The notes under the pieces: model-generated | Database searches by the model: none | Seen by the model: only the letters and a program-made list of their open reading frames with translations | What the model was told of the DNA's origin: nothing | Shown: positions 24,640 to 37,310 of the stretch, piece after piece | Position numbering within the stretch: position 1 is the stretch's first letter | Layout: each line of letters starts with the position of its first letter | From: Octopus sinensis | Lineage: Eukaryota | Direction of reading: 5' to 3' | NCBI RefSeq assembly: GCF_006345805.1 | Contig: NW_021834173.1 | Span: 1 to 64,000, forward strand | Length of the DNA stretch: 64,000 nt | Program-made: the position numbers and the translations under genes

Positions 24640-25400
24640 TTACAGTTTCTCTCTCTCTCTCTCTTTTTTCCCATACTACTTCCAGTCTGTCTCTCTCTCT
24701 CTCTCTCTCTCATCTTTATCATATCTTTCGTTCACTTTCTCTCTCTCTCTCCCCTATCTTCACAGTATCTTTTGTTCTCTCTCTCTCTCTCTCACCTTTC
24801 CCCCCCCCCCCATGTCGTTCATTCTCTCTCATCTTTACTGTCTTTCATTCCCTCTCTCTTTCAATCTCTCATCTTTGCCATATCTTTCATTTTCTCTCTT
24901 GGTTTCTCTCTTTCATCTCTACCATATCTTTCATTCTTTCTTTCTCTTTCCTATCTTTGCCATATCTTTCATTTTCTCTCTTGTCTTTCTCTCTTTCATC
25001 TCTACCATATCTTTCATTCTTTCTTTCTCTCTCTCTTTCTCTTTCCTATCTTTGCCATATCTTTCATTTTCTCTCTTTCTCAATGTCTCTCTCTCTCCCC
25101 CTCTCCCTCTCATCTTTTGTTCCTCTCACTCATCTTTCCCCATATCTTTCATTTTCTCTCACACTCCATCACCATCTATTACCATATCATTATCTATTGC
25201 TATATTCTCTCTCTCTCTCTCTCTCTCTCTATTACCATGTAACAAACTCCTTTCTTTCATACCATCCTCTCATATTCATCTCCGTCTCTTTCTTTCATAC
25301 TCCTTCATTATCTTCCTCTCCCTCCTCTTGTCCCCCACCACCTACTCTCCCGCCTCTTGTCCCCCTACAACCACTCTCCCTCCACCGTTTCTCTGTGTTA
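24640..25400. repeat. Polypyrimidine (CT-rich) tract with degenerate ccatatctttcatt units
   Basis: Recurring atctttgccatatctttcattttctctc; produces the S/L/F-rich ORFs. Confidence 0.85.
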
Positions 25401-25795
25401 TTCCATGACAAGTTACAAAGAACTCATTGCAGTTACTAAGTATTAATATTTTCCCATCCAGTATTTTCCACTTGTCCAAATATTCTGGCATTAATGCAGA
25501 CAAAAGACCAAAGTTGAGTATTAATAGTAAACCTACCATTTTAGCACCAAGTCTGTTATTGATTGTCAGCAGTGTATGAGAATAGAATTGGTTTGGTATT
25601 GATTTTTTTCAGCATGGTTGGCTTTCTGAGAATTTCTGGTTTTCAACTGTTTTTCTGCCATTGTCAACAAGACCAACAACAATAACAACAACAGCAATAA
25701 CTTATCATTTCTTCACTTATAAATGGTGCTTTAGAAGCTCTTCTGTCTATAGTTATACCATTTTTTAAATAATAATAATAATAATAATAATAATA

Positions 25796-25940
25796 ATCCT
25801 TTCTATTATAGGCACAAGGTCATCAATTTTAAGACAGGGGATAAGTCAATTATATTGATCCCAGTATGCAACTGGTACTTATTTTATCGACCTCAAAAGG
25901 ATGAAAGGCAAAGTTGACCTTGGTAGAATTTGAACTGAAC
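25796..25940 (-). mobile_element. SINE family B, partial
   Basis: aatcctttctattataggcacaagg...ggatgaaaggcaaagttgacc. Confidence 0.8.
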
Positions 25941-26428
25941 TCACAGAATCTGGTAAAATCACCAGCATGACAGACATGATGCAAAGTGGAATTTTTCTAG
26001 TTTTATGTTTCAAGTTCAAATCACACTGAGATGGATTTTGTCTTTTTATTCTTTTGTGGGGTGGGGTGGGGTGGGGAATCAAGAAAATAAGAGGGAGAGG
26101 GAAAGGGAGACAGAACAGTTTTGAAAATGAAAGCTCTTCCGAGATTTTTCAGATGCTAAGATGTTAAAATTTGCAAACCTATCCAACTGACAGTGTTGAA
26201 CACAACTTGTTCTTTATAAAACAACAACAAATATTAAACAAAAACATTGGCACAACTAATAAATATGAAGAGGTAAATATAGAAATTGCTGCTTATATCG
26301 TAAGAATTTAGAGACTTTGAGAGATTATGAAATAATTCTTTTTTTACTGGGGGAGCTTAAGGTAGATAAAGCTATCCAAAAGGTTTTCTTTTAACCCAAT
26401 ATTAACATGCTTTTATTTATATTTTAAT

Positions 26429-26947
26429 CAAGGTGGCAAGCTGGAAGAATTGTTAGCATCCCAGGCAAAATGCTTACTGACATTTTGTCCATCTTTAAGT
26501 TCTGAGTTCAAATTCCACCAAGATCAACTTTGCTTTACATCCTATCACGGTTGATAAATTAAGTACCAGTGAAACACTGGGGTTGATGAAATCGACTTAC
26601 TCCCATCCCCAAAATTTCAGGCAATGTGCTTGAAAGTAGACAGGATTATTCCTATCGTTATCTACTTCAAGTTCCACTAATAAAAATGAATTAAATATGA
26701 AAATATTTTGGTGAGTGCTAATAGGGAACTGATGTTTAAGGTGGCGAGCTGAAATGCTTAGCGGTATTTCATCTGCCGCTACGTTCTGAGTTCAAATTCC
26801 GCCAAGGTCGACTTTGCTTTTCATCCTTTTGGGGTCAATAAATTAAGTACCAGTTACGCACTGGGGTCAATGTAATCGATTTAATACCTTTGTCTGTCCT
26901 TGTTTGTCCCCTCTGTGTTTAGCCCCTTGTGGGCAATAAAGAAATAA
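26429..26947 (+). mobile_element. Two SINE family B copies (26429-26650, 26737-26947)
   Basis: aaggtggc.agctg heads; tails aggattattc and gggcaataaagaaata. Confidence 0.88.
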
Positions 26948-27039
26948 GAAATGATGTTTAAATAAAATGGTTCCACACCAATTATATCGTCTACAGAAAT
27001 GGAGAAAGTATTCTGTGAACCAAGAAGGAAGTGCCTAGA

Positions 27040-27420
27040 TGAGTTATTCTCAATGGGATCCACATGAACCTTAAGGGTCCATATAAAACTTTTGGAGGTC
27101 CACACAAGCAAAATAGTAAATTGGCAGTCCACTGTAGTATTTTAGGGGTTAATGAAAAAAACTTTGCTTTAGAAGTATTTATTGTAAGAAACAGCTGGGG
27201 TTTTTTTCTCTAATGTTTAACATGGTTCAACATATTTCCAGTTATTGAAACGTGTTTTCTCAGAGAGTTCTGTCGCAAGCATACACATGTGAACAGGTAA
27301 AATGCAAAATAGGAATTTTGAAAGAGGTATCTATAAAACTAGTTTTTAAACATGGAACGGTAAAGGGAGTCCACCAGAATAGAATACTAAATAAATGGGT
27401 TTGTAGGGGGGGGGACATTG
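27040..27420. mobile_element. Decayed hAT MITE (cagtggttctcaac family)
   Basis: Interior gggtccatataa..ggaggtccacacaagcaaaatagtaaa is the reverse complement of part of 35356-35904. Confidence 0.55.
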
Positions 27421-28382
27421 GTCTATATGGTTGCTTAAACTGATAATTATGTACTAATGTCTTAGGAAGGACAATTTGGAGAAAAGAAAGAAAGAGAGAG
27501 AGAGAGAGAGAGAGATGAAAATAAAGAAACAAGAGAAAGAGAAAATTTAAGGGAAAAATGGAAAGAAAAAAGAAACAAAGAGAGAAAGAAAGAAAATGAA
27601 AGAAAGAAAAAGAGAAAGAGAAAAAGACGAAAGACAGACAGACAGACAGAAAGAAAGAACAAAAGACAGACAGAAAGAGAGAATGAAAGAAAGTAAGAAC
27701 AATGGTCATAGCTTGATGCTTTTGATTATCAGTCTGTTGACACCAAACTTGCACTAAACAACGGCATCAACAACAACAACACCAAAATCAAAAACAACAG
27801 CAAGAGTGATATCAACACCACCACTACCACCACCACCACCAACATCAACGTGTTCGTTCCCCTCCCCCTATTATCAAAGATTGTGCCTACATCAAGAATT
27901 AGATGTTGGAATGTTTCCATGACATAAAATATGCTGATTTGTCCAAAGACATACCTGCAGGGAATTAACCAACATTGAAATGTGTCACATTCCGAAATTC
28001 CTTGCAAAAAAAAAAAAAAATCAACAAATAAATCAACACATTTTTATGACAATTCTGACAATTCACCATGATGCGAGTGTGAGTGTGTGTGTGTGTCTGT
28101 GTGAGCATCTGTGTATGTGTTTGTGTATGAGCACACATGTATGTGTGTGTGTCTGTATCTGTGTGAGCATCTGTGTGTATGTGTATGTGTATGAATGACT
28201 CTGTGTGTGTGTGTGTTTATGTGTGTGTGTATGTGCTAGCTTGGCTGTGAATAGGTATGTAGGGAATGTGTTGTATGGAAAATGTCGCATAGAGAGTATC
28301 TGCTGTGTAGAGAGTGTGTGCCACATAAAGAGTATGTGCCACAAAGAGTATGTGTTGCATAGAGAGTGTGTTGTGGAGAGAG

Positions 28383-29200
28383 TATGTGTCATGTATAAAG
28401 TATGTAGAGAAGTATGTGTTGTGTAGAGAAGAATACATTTTGTGTAGAGCAGTACGTGTTGTGTAGAGCAGTACGTGTTGTGTAGAGAAGTACGTGTTGT
28501 GTAGAGAAGTACGTGTTGTGTAGAGAAGTACGTGTTGTGTAGAGGGGTACGTGTTGTGTAGAGAAGTACGTGTTGTGTAGAGAAGTACATGTTGTGTAGA
28601 GAAGTACGTGTTGTGTAGAGGGGTACGTGTTGTGTAGAGCAGTACGTGTTGTATAGAGCAGTACGTGTTGTGTAGAGCAGTATGTGTTGTGTAGAGAAGT
28701 ACGTGTTGTGTAGAGAAGTATGTGTTGTGTAGAGCAGTACGTGTTGTGCAGAGGAGTACGTGTTGTGTAGAGAAGTACGTGTTGTGCAGAGAAGTACGTG
28801 TTGTGTAGAGCAGTACGTGTTGTGTAGAGAAGTACGTGTTATGTAGAGCAGTACGTGTTGTGTAGAGAAGTACGGGTTGTGTAGAGAAGTACATGTTGTG
28901 TAGAGCAGTACATGTTGTGTAGAGAAGTACGTGTTGTATAGAGCAGTACGTGTTGTGTAGAGCAGTACGTGTTGTGTAGAGCAGTACGTGTTGTGTAGAG
29001 CAGTATGTGTTGTGTAGAGCAGTATGTGTCGTATAGAGCAGTACGTGTTGTGTAGAGAAGTATGTGTTGTGTAGAGAAGTACATGTTGTGTAGAGAAGTA
29101 CGTCTTGTGTAGAGCAGTACGTGTTGTGTAGAGGAGTACGTGTTGTGTAGAGAAGTATATGTTGTATAGAGAAGTATGTGTCGTGTAGAGAATATGTGTT
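28383..29200. repeat. 19-bp minisatellite (agtacgtgttgtgtagag[c/a/g]), about 40 copies
   Basis: Three units (57 bp) give the 19-aa repeat TTRTSLHNTYFSTQHVLLY in the 403-aa ORF. Confidence 0.95.
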
Positions 29201-29387
29201 GACTTATTAAAGTAGTAATGGGTTGTTTGTAAAATACAAATAGGAGTTCTGTGATATCTTGGAAAATTGTGCAATTGATTCAGTAAACAAATAGTGATAT
29301 TACACCACTTTCCTTTCCATGAAAATAGGTGTCCTTATGCCAAGACCAGAAATCCTTTTTATTAATTTTATTGTTATTAGGGTGACA

Positions 29388-29800
29388 AAGGCAGCAAACT
29401 GACAGAATTGTTACTGTGCCAGACAAAATATTTGGTGACATTTCTTACGGCTTTACATTCTAGGTTCAAATGCCGTCTTTCATCAATTTGGGTTAGATGA
29501 AAATAATGGACCAGTTAAGCACTGAGGTCATCATAATTGACAAGTCCCCTCCACAAAAAATTCAGGTGTTGTGCTTATAGTAGAAAGAAACTATTAAGGG
29601 TGAAAAGCTGGCAAAACTGTTACATCATCTGACAATAATATTTTATGGCCCTTTATGTTATGAGTTCAAATTCTGCTTAGGTTAAATTAGTATTTTTTTA
29701 AGGTTGATAAAATAAAATACCAGTCCCATACTGGTGTCAAAGTTACAGATTAGCCCCTTACCCTTAAAAATTGCTGGCCTTGTGTCCTAAATCAGAAGCA
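29388..29800 (+). mobile_element. Two decayed SINE family B copies
   Basis: aggcagcaaactgacagaa..ttcaaat..aaaataaaataccagt. Confidence 0.6.
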
Positions 29801-29994
29801 ATTTTATTGTTATTGATCTCTTACATATGTACCAGATACCTCATTGTAATATAATCCTTCCCACACTATATATTTAAAGTGAGGAAAGGGATATTTAGGG
29901 TAAGCACTTGTATGCTGTGGGTGCTACTGTGCTGCAGGAGTCAATGTCTCATCAAGTGACGAAACAGCTCTGTAGGTGTTTTGGCCCTTTCCAC

Positions 29995-30438
29995 CATGAC
30001 ACCAGAGCTGCCGGTGCCATGTTTCAAGCACCCAGCACACACTGTATAAAGTGGTTGGCTTTAGGAAGGGCATCCAGCCCTAGGAACCAAGCCAAATCAG
30101 ACTGGATTTTGGTGCAGCACTCTGGGTTTCCAGCTCTGGTCAAATTAGTCAGCCCATGCCAACATGGAAAACACATTAACCCTTTCGTTACCAACCCGGT
30201 TGAAACCGGCTCTGGCTCTGAGTACAAATGTCTTGTTTCCATAAGTTTTGAATTAAAATCTTCCACCAAACCTTAGTCACAATTTATGTTCCTAACACCA
30301 GCTTAATGATAACCAAGTTATTTTACTAAATTCTTTCTTATATTTAAAGTAATTGAAAGACACACAGAGCATTTCAAAAGAAATACAGTAACGAAAGGGT
30401 TAAAGGATGATGACAATGATGATGATGATGACGATGAT
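29995..30438 (+). mobile_element. Family D retroposon tail interrupted by a piggyBac MITE
   Basis: gtggttggctttaggaagggcatccagc...catggaaaacaca[TTAA insertion]aggatgatgac. Confidence 0.75.
30180..30399. mobile_element. piggyBac-type MITE (220 bp)
   Basis: TTAA at 30176-30179 and 30400-30403; perfect TIR ccctttcgttac / gtaacgaaaggg. Confidence 0.92.
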
Positions 30439-31866
30439 TAATTTTTAATTGATTTAGATTTTAGAATACCTTATGTGAAAAATTAAGCAACTACCTCAGT
30501 CTTATGAGTCTCATGACTTATGGTCTTCCAAAACTTTGGTAAGAACCACTTGCTGTGTATTCACTGCTGTAATTAACAGAACTGTTCAACAGTATCTCAA
30601 TGCTGTTTATTTCATCCATCTCTCAGACAAGAAAGTAGTTTATTTCATGTGTCTTGATTATGAAGTCTTTACAGTGCCAGTGAAAGCATATAAACCATTC
30701 TTCATTGCTTTCGTATGAATTCCAATATCCTGTTGACTCAGCTATATGTGACAGTGTATGATATTAATTTCACACACTCACACACACACACATACAACAA
30801 ACACACATACTATATTATTGATTTTGTCAGAACAAATATTAGTATTACCATTGTCCAACATCAACCAGACATTTATTGAGAAACAAGAACCAAACAAAGC
30901 AAATGTTCTCCAAGAATGAATGACATGTTTTTAGGTTCAGGCAGTCGACACCTCTCACTTGAAGTGCCTTCCTCATATTCCACCATTTTAAAAAAGCATC
31001 AACTGCCCTATATTCCACTCCCAGTTAAGATCTAATTAATGATTTCTTATGATGACATGACACAAGACCATAAATTAAAAGAGGAAGGGGGTTATCAGTT
31101 AAATCAACCCCAGTATTTAACTGGTACTTTATTGTACTGAACTCTTAAGGATGAAAGACAAAGTTGACTTCTGCAGGATTTTGAACTTAGAATGCAAAGA
31201 TCTGGAAATTGATACTCCAAGATGTTTGGTTTTTCACTAATGATTCTGCTAAACCAAGATATAATTAATGATTCTAGTTGAATGAAAATCCCAGAAGGGA
31301 ATTAACATGTTATTATCAGAAATATTGTATATGTTAATCCAAAGATGCAGTCTTCAAGCAATGTGATAATTTTAATACCATTTACTTAACAGATACAAGA
31401 TCACCCATTTAGGCAGAGGGAACAATCAAGTTATATTAAGTGCCCATATTTGGTCATTGGTACTTGGTCATTCACACCACAAATATTAGAACTGAACTCT
31501 GCTGTATTTGAACTCAGAACGTAAAGAAGCAACTACATTGCATACCACCTCAACCAACACCCCTTCCCTTATATTTCCACACACAGTCATACCCTTCATA
31601 CTACAGACATACAAGTTGTACAATCATACCATTAATATTCCAGTTTTACCATTCATACCACCATAGATTTTCTTGCTCTACCTTCCATTCCAATAACATA
31701 CCACAATTGATCTACCAGGTGTACCATTTATAATACCACTAATATTCCAGTTTTACAATTCATAGCAGTTCTACCATCCATTCAACTAAATACTACACTC
31801 ATCTACCACTTGTAACCATTCATACCACCATGGTACCATAACTAACCTACCATTATTCTGGAGTTT

Positions 31867-32089
31867 AAGGCAGCAAGCTGGCAGAATCTTTATTTAGCAA
31901 ACTGGGTGAAAAGCTCAGCAGTATTTCATCCGTCCTTTCATTCTCAGTTCAAATTCCGCTGAGGTTGACCTAGCCTTTCATCCTTCCAGGGTCAATAAAA
32001 TAAGTACCTGTTGTGTACTGGGAGTGAATGTGGTCGACTATCCCCCTACAGTAAAATTTCAGGCCTTGTGCTTATAGTTGAAAGGATTA
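31867..32089 (+). mobile_element. SINE family B
   Basis: aaggcagcaagctggcagaa...cctttcatccttccagggtcaataaaataagtacc...aggccttgtgc..gaaaggatt. Confidence 0.85.
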
Positions 32090-32194
32090 ACCTGGAGATT
32101 ATATTTTAGTCTCTGCTCCATAACAGACCACCCCAACATACAGGCACACATACAACCCCCTCCCACAAATACACAGACACATGCACAAATACAT

Positions 32195-32352
32195 GACCGG
32201 CTTCCACGCAGTTTCAGTCTACCAAATTCACTCACACAGCTTTAGATGGTCAGGAGTTATAATAGAAAACACTTGGCTAAGGTGCCACATGTTAGGATTG
32301 AACCTGAAGCTATGTGGCTGCAAAACGAGCCTCGTAATTATACAGTTATGCC
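32195..32352 (-). mobile_element. SINE family A head, decayed
   Basis: gtctaccaaattcactcac..aaacacttggctaaggtgccac. Confidence 0.65.
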
Positions 32353-33081
32353 CGTAGAAAACGATCACCGTTTATTTAATGCTTTAAATGAAAGAATGAA
32401 ACTATCTCTCACTCACTCACTCACTCACTCACACACACACACACACACCTGCTTGTGGTTCCAACAGCCATACTGACATACCACTGACCTATCAAGTCTT
32501 CTAGTGAACGCTCTCGAATGCTCTCATGTAATTAGCTGCCACAGTTAACTGACATTGATTTGCCAGGGAACTGCATCGACCATATTCCATTGATAAGACC
32601 GAAAATACATTAATAATTAAATGAAACAGACAATAGTCTTTGTGAAACGTATCACATACCTCTGCCAATTTATGATGTAAAAGTCTGAGCAAACAATGCA
32701 CAATGAGTAAATCGCTGTTGTTGTTGTAGTTGTTGTTGGTGGTGGTGTTGAGATGCCTTTTGTCAGTTCTGCATGAGCTGATCAATGCCAACAATGTAGC
32801 TGATCAAACAAAGAAATCCAATCAATAATTCTAGCTATCAATATTTTATCATTATGATGAAGCATGTTGCCCCTCAGGTCTGGTTTCTGTTTTTAACCCT
32901 TTTGTGACCCTATCTCTGACAAAGTACTCTGCTTAATTTATGTTTCAATTAATTATGGGAATAGTTAAGGATTAATTAATTAATTAATTAATTATTTAAA
33001 GGATTAAAGCAGATCAAAAGACCAGAGCAGAAACGCAAGTGCCCCCCCCCCACACACACACATACTTCCTCCCTCGCTATC

Positions 33082-33485
33082 CTTACTGCAGTTGAAATAT
33101 CAGTCCCAACAAGAGATGATAATGTATCTATACAAAAGAGATTGAAAATTGACCAAATATAAAGATCTGGAAATGGAGATAACCGGAATGTGGGAAGTAA
33201 TAACAGAAATAGATGATGTTATGATGATGATGATGATGATAGATGACATGAGAATGATTAAATAACTGTGCAAATACATAAATGAAACACAATACAATGT
33301 ACAGAAAATATCACACACACACACATAGACACACATACACATACATACACACACGCATACACAATGTATGGGGTACTTTCAATACCACAGGAAACAACAT
33401 AACCAAAACAAATCACAGTAGAAATCCAAGATACAGGAACTGAGCCAAGTTGAGAAGTGAAAACACATAATGATAATAATAATGA
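33082..33485 (+). mobile_element. 3' fragment of R4/Dong-like non-LTR element (restriction-like endonuclease)
   Basis: Reads VEISVPTRDDNVS..(frameshift)..KYKDLEMEITGMWEVITE, matching the IDVSIP...EK..KY.DL..EI..MW REL motif. (AAT)n tail. Confidence 0.7.
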
Positions 33486-34195
33486 TGATGTTGATGATGA
33501 TGATGATGCTGATAATGATGATGATGATGATTTCAAATTTTGGCATACGGTCAGCCATTACAAGGGAGAGGAATTAAGTTAATTACATATCAAACCCTCT
33601 TCCCCCCCCCCAGTATTCGACTGGTGCTTACTTTATCGACCCCTGATAGGATGAAAGGAAAACGCTGACCCTCGGTAGAATATGAAATAATGATATTTGG
33701 AATTTCTGTGTTTCTGCAGTTCTTTTTTCATTTAATGATAAATAATGCTAATAGTAATTAAAGGACCTCCATCCACGTGCGTGTTATTCTGCCGAGTTCT
33801 GAAAAGATGACATGCAACAAAAAAAAAAAAGAAAAAGAAAAAGAAAAAGAAAAAAAAATCAACCTTGACAAGGCTTGATCCCAGAATAAAAAGGGCTGAA
33901 ACTGAATACTGCGCAAGGCTTTCAGCTCAGTGCTCTACCATTTCTTCCACCCCACCACCCGTTCATCACCCACCACAGCAAAGTGTAATAATGACTACCA
34001 TCACGTAAATGCTTCTTAACTAAAAAAACCCTGGCATACAGAACTCTCTGAAGCAGTTATTTGCAGAAATTAACCATCCACTCAGGAAATCTATGGAAAT
34101 GGCACATCATATTTTGCTTCTTCACTTTAATAAACGCCACATTTTTAACCTGAATACCTTCAACGTTAGCATATTTTATAAGTATCTCAAGAAGG

Positions 34196-34255
<60 letters not shown>

Positions 34256-34755
34256 GGAAGAGAGAGATTCAACTAGCATCTCTACGGTTTGGAGATTAGA
34301 AACAGATAAATGTACCAACTAAGCTATTAAATGTTTATGTAACAAAACTTAACTAAGCTTTTTACAAGATAGTCAGGATTGTGTATGAGCATGTGTGTGG
34401 TGTGTGTATGTGTATGGATGTACGTGTACATGTGTATGCGAGTACATGTATGTGTGTAAATGTATGTGTAAGTGTGTGTTTTGATAATTATGAGCAAGGA
34501 CCTAAAATTGGTGTAATTTTAATTTTTTTAAACCACGATAACAATTTTAAACATTGGCAGATCCTAATGGTGCTGCTGCTGCTGCTGTTTAGCCCCAGGT
34601 CAGCAATGGTTAGAACAAACTGATAATCAAACATATTCTGCTCATGACCCATCACATCTTTTTCAGCATAGTTTATTAATCTCAGAATACTACAATAACC
34701 TCTAAAATGTGTGTGTGTGTGTGTGTATGTGTGAGAGAGAGAATGTTTCTAGGTA

Positions 34756-35144
34756 GGCACAGGTATGGTTGTGTGATAAGACGTTTGCTTACAAACTAAA
34801 TGGTTTTTTAGTTCAGTTCCTCTGCATAGCACCTCTGGCAAGTGTCTTCTACTATAGCCTTGGGCTGACCAAACCCTTGCGAGTAGATTTGGTAGGTGGA
34901 AACAGAAAGCTTGTCATACATAATATCTGTGTATGTGTGTGTGTGTCAGTGTAGTTTCAAATCACCGCTTACAACCAGTGTTGGTGTGTTTACAACACCG
35001 TAGCTTAATGTAATGGCAAAAGAGACAAATAGAATAAATACCAGGCTTTAAAAACAAGAAAAGTACTAGCATAGATCCGTTTGACTAAAATCCTTCAAGG
35101 TGGTGCTCCAGCATGACCAAAATCAAATGACTGAAACAAGCAAG
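34756..35144 (+). mobile_element. SINE family A, diverged full length
   Basis: ggcacaggtatggttgtgtg...gtgctccagcatgacc..aatgactgaaacaag. Confidence 0.85.
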
Positions 35145-35355
35145 ATGTGATTAAGTATAGGTTTGAAAGCTAAAATGTGTCAGAAAAAGGGCACCCAAGA
35201 GTCAGGACCTGGATGTGATGCAACCCCTTGAAAGTATAAGAAGTTAAGGATTGAAACACTTGCCTCTTCAGCTCTCTCAAGAGTATCTTCCCACTGATTT
35301 GAGGTTTGGAGAACATCCTGCTACCATGTCTAGCAGAGTGAATGTCTATCTAGAG

Positions 35356-35904
35356 CAGGAGTTCTCAACCATCTTTTTTTTTATCTATGGACCCCTCTGA
35401 TAACTATTCTATTCTGTTCTGTTGGACCCCAATAGCCATTATAGAAACTCCTTCCAAAATTCCTATTTTGTTTTTCACACATTCCCTTGTGTGGGTTGAA
35501 CTATGTAAAATGTCAGAGAAAGAAACCTAGATGTTTCTTGCAATACCAATACATACATACATCTGAAGCAGAGGTTCTGGACCATTTTTTAAATCTTATT
35601 TTATTCTGGTGGACCTCTTAGTTATTTGATGTTTAAAAACCAGTTTTATAGAAACTTCTTCCAAAATTCCTATTTTGTTTTTCACACATCAACTTGTGTA
35701 GGTTGAACTATGCAAAATGTAAGAGAAAGAAACTTAGCTGTTTCTTGCAATACATACTCCAATACATACATCTGAAGCAAAATTTCTTCAGGGGCCCTTA
35801 AAATACTATTGGGGATCCGCAGCTTACTATTTTGCTTATGTGGACCCCCAAAAGATCTTATATGGACCCTCTGGGGTTATTTGGACCTTGGTTGAAAACC
35901 ATTG
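35356..35904. mobile_element. hAT (Buster/Charlie-type) MITE with internal duplication
   Basis: TIR caggagttctcaacc / ggttgaaaaccattg; 8-bp TSD atctagag / atctacag. Block atagaaact..catctgaagca occurs twice. Confidence 0.85.
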
Positions 35905-35912
35905 ATCTACAG

Positions 35913-36059
35913 CAGTCATGGACAAACTGCAGCCTGTGGGACTTTCTGAATAGCATGCCTAATGGAAAATTGCCTTGAGTATTTTTTAACAGTGTGGCCC
36001 ATCTAATCATGAGTTATGTCCTATGTGGCCCACTTCTTGAAAAGAATTGCTCATACTTG
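35913..36059. mobile_element. Small hAT MITE abutting the previous one
   Basis: cagtcatggacaaactgcagcc...aaaagaattgctcatacttg, flanked by NNCTA(G/C)AG-like sites. Confidence 0.55.
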
Positions 36060-36409
36060 TACTAGAGGTAGCCTGTCACTGTACAAGCAACAGTTTACAG
36101 CCAAACCAGTAAAAGACAGAAATTCTAAACATTGAAACCTTTCACTCCAACTCACATCAAATTTATAGATCTTTTCTACAATTCTACAATTGGTCAATTC
36201 CTGCTGCTGCAGCAGATCATCATCAAAAGCTCTCATTTCCAGATTTTGCTCAAAAGTGGCAATATTTTGGTTTTTCTTTTGAGAAGTATAATTTCAGACA
36301 GAGGCTACAGTAAAAAAAGTTTGAGATTAATTGAATGTGAGTAATGAACTAATAGGAAATTACACTAATTAAGTTTGATTACATTAGAAAGTGAGGAATG
36401 CAGTATGAA

Positions 36410-36640
36410 TACAGAAGGAAGAATGTGGTGATACGGATGAATGTAGCAGCAGGAAAACAGTGGTATGGTTGAACAGAGAAGCAGGAAAGCAGTAGTATGG
36501 ACACGGAAGAAGGAATGTAGTGATATGGACACAGATGCAGGACTGCAGTGGTGTGAACACAGAAGCAAGAATGCAGTGGTGTGAACACAGCGGCGGGAAA
36601 GCAGTGGTGTGGACACAGAAGCTGGAAAGCAGTGGTATGC
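36410..36640. repeat. Degenerate minisatellite (gcagtggtgtg(a/g)acacagaagc..gaa)
   Basis: Repeated gcagtggtgtg..cacag motif with ~28-bp spacing. Confidence 0.7.
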
Positions 36641-36836
36641 TTTTGTGTTAGTAATAAATGATAATTAGAAGCAGTAGTTGTTGCATTACCTAAGGGCAAC
36701 TTTCAACAAGCAAATCAAAGATCTTCCAGCCATGACCATCCCATCTCAAGAGATAATGTTTCTAGGGTCTACATTATCTAATGCACATTTCCTTTATTTA
36801 AGGCATCAGGGTTTGATTTTGCAGGTTTATGTAAAG

Positions 36837-36985
36837 CAATGGTTCCCTACATGAGGTCTGCAAAGGTAATACTAGGGGTCCGTGAACATGTTAAGCTAAC
36901 AGATTTTTTCAATATCCTGGGGTCTGTGGAAAAACTCATTTAGATAAAAGGGGGTCCTTGATAGAGAAAAGGTTGGGAACCATTG
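36837..36985. mobile_element. hAT MITE (149 bp)
   Basis: TIR caatggttccc / gggaaccattg; perfect 8-bp TSD atgtaaag (36829-36836, 36986-36993). Confidence 0.9.
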
Positions 36986-37269
36986 ATGTAAAGTGAGTTC
37001 TAGACAGGTCATGGTGTATGTGTTTATGATCTTGAAGGAACCATCTCTGGCTAGTTAAAAACAAAGGGAAATTATACCATTTGTACAATTGTTCTAATTC
37101 TTTTATACAGTTTTTTTTTACATTAGAATATATTATGCAGCATACATGCATAATTGTTTATTCCCTTTATGTCTCTTTATTCATACTAGCATGAGCTAAA
37201 AAGATGCAATATTGAGGTTTTGTTTTTACAGCTGAATGTCCTTTACTCTATTAAGCCTTTACCTGGATT

Positions 37270-37270
37270 C

Positions 37271-37310
<40 letters not shown>

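Noticed and set aside
24595-25439. 200-276-aa hydrophobic ORFs
   Set aside because: CT-rich low-complexity sequence lacking stops in all three frames.
28063-29274. 403-aa ORF as a repeat protein gene
   Set aside because: It is simply the translation of a 19-bp minisatellite; all minus frames are open and there is no unique coding flank.
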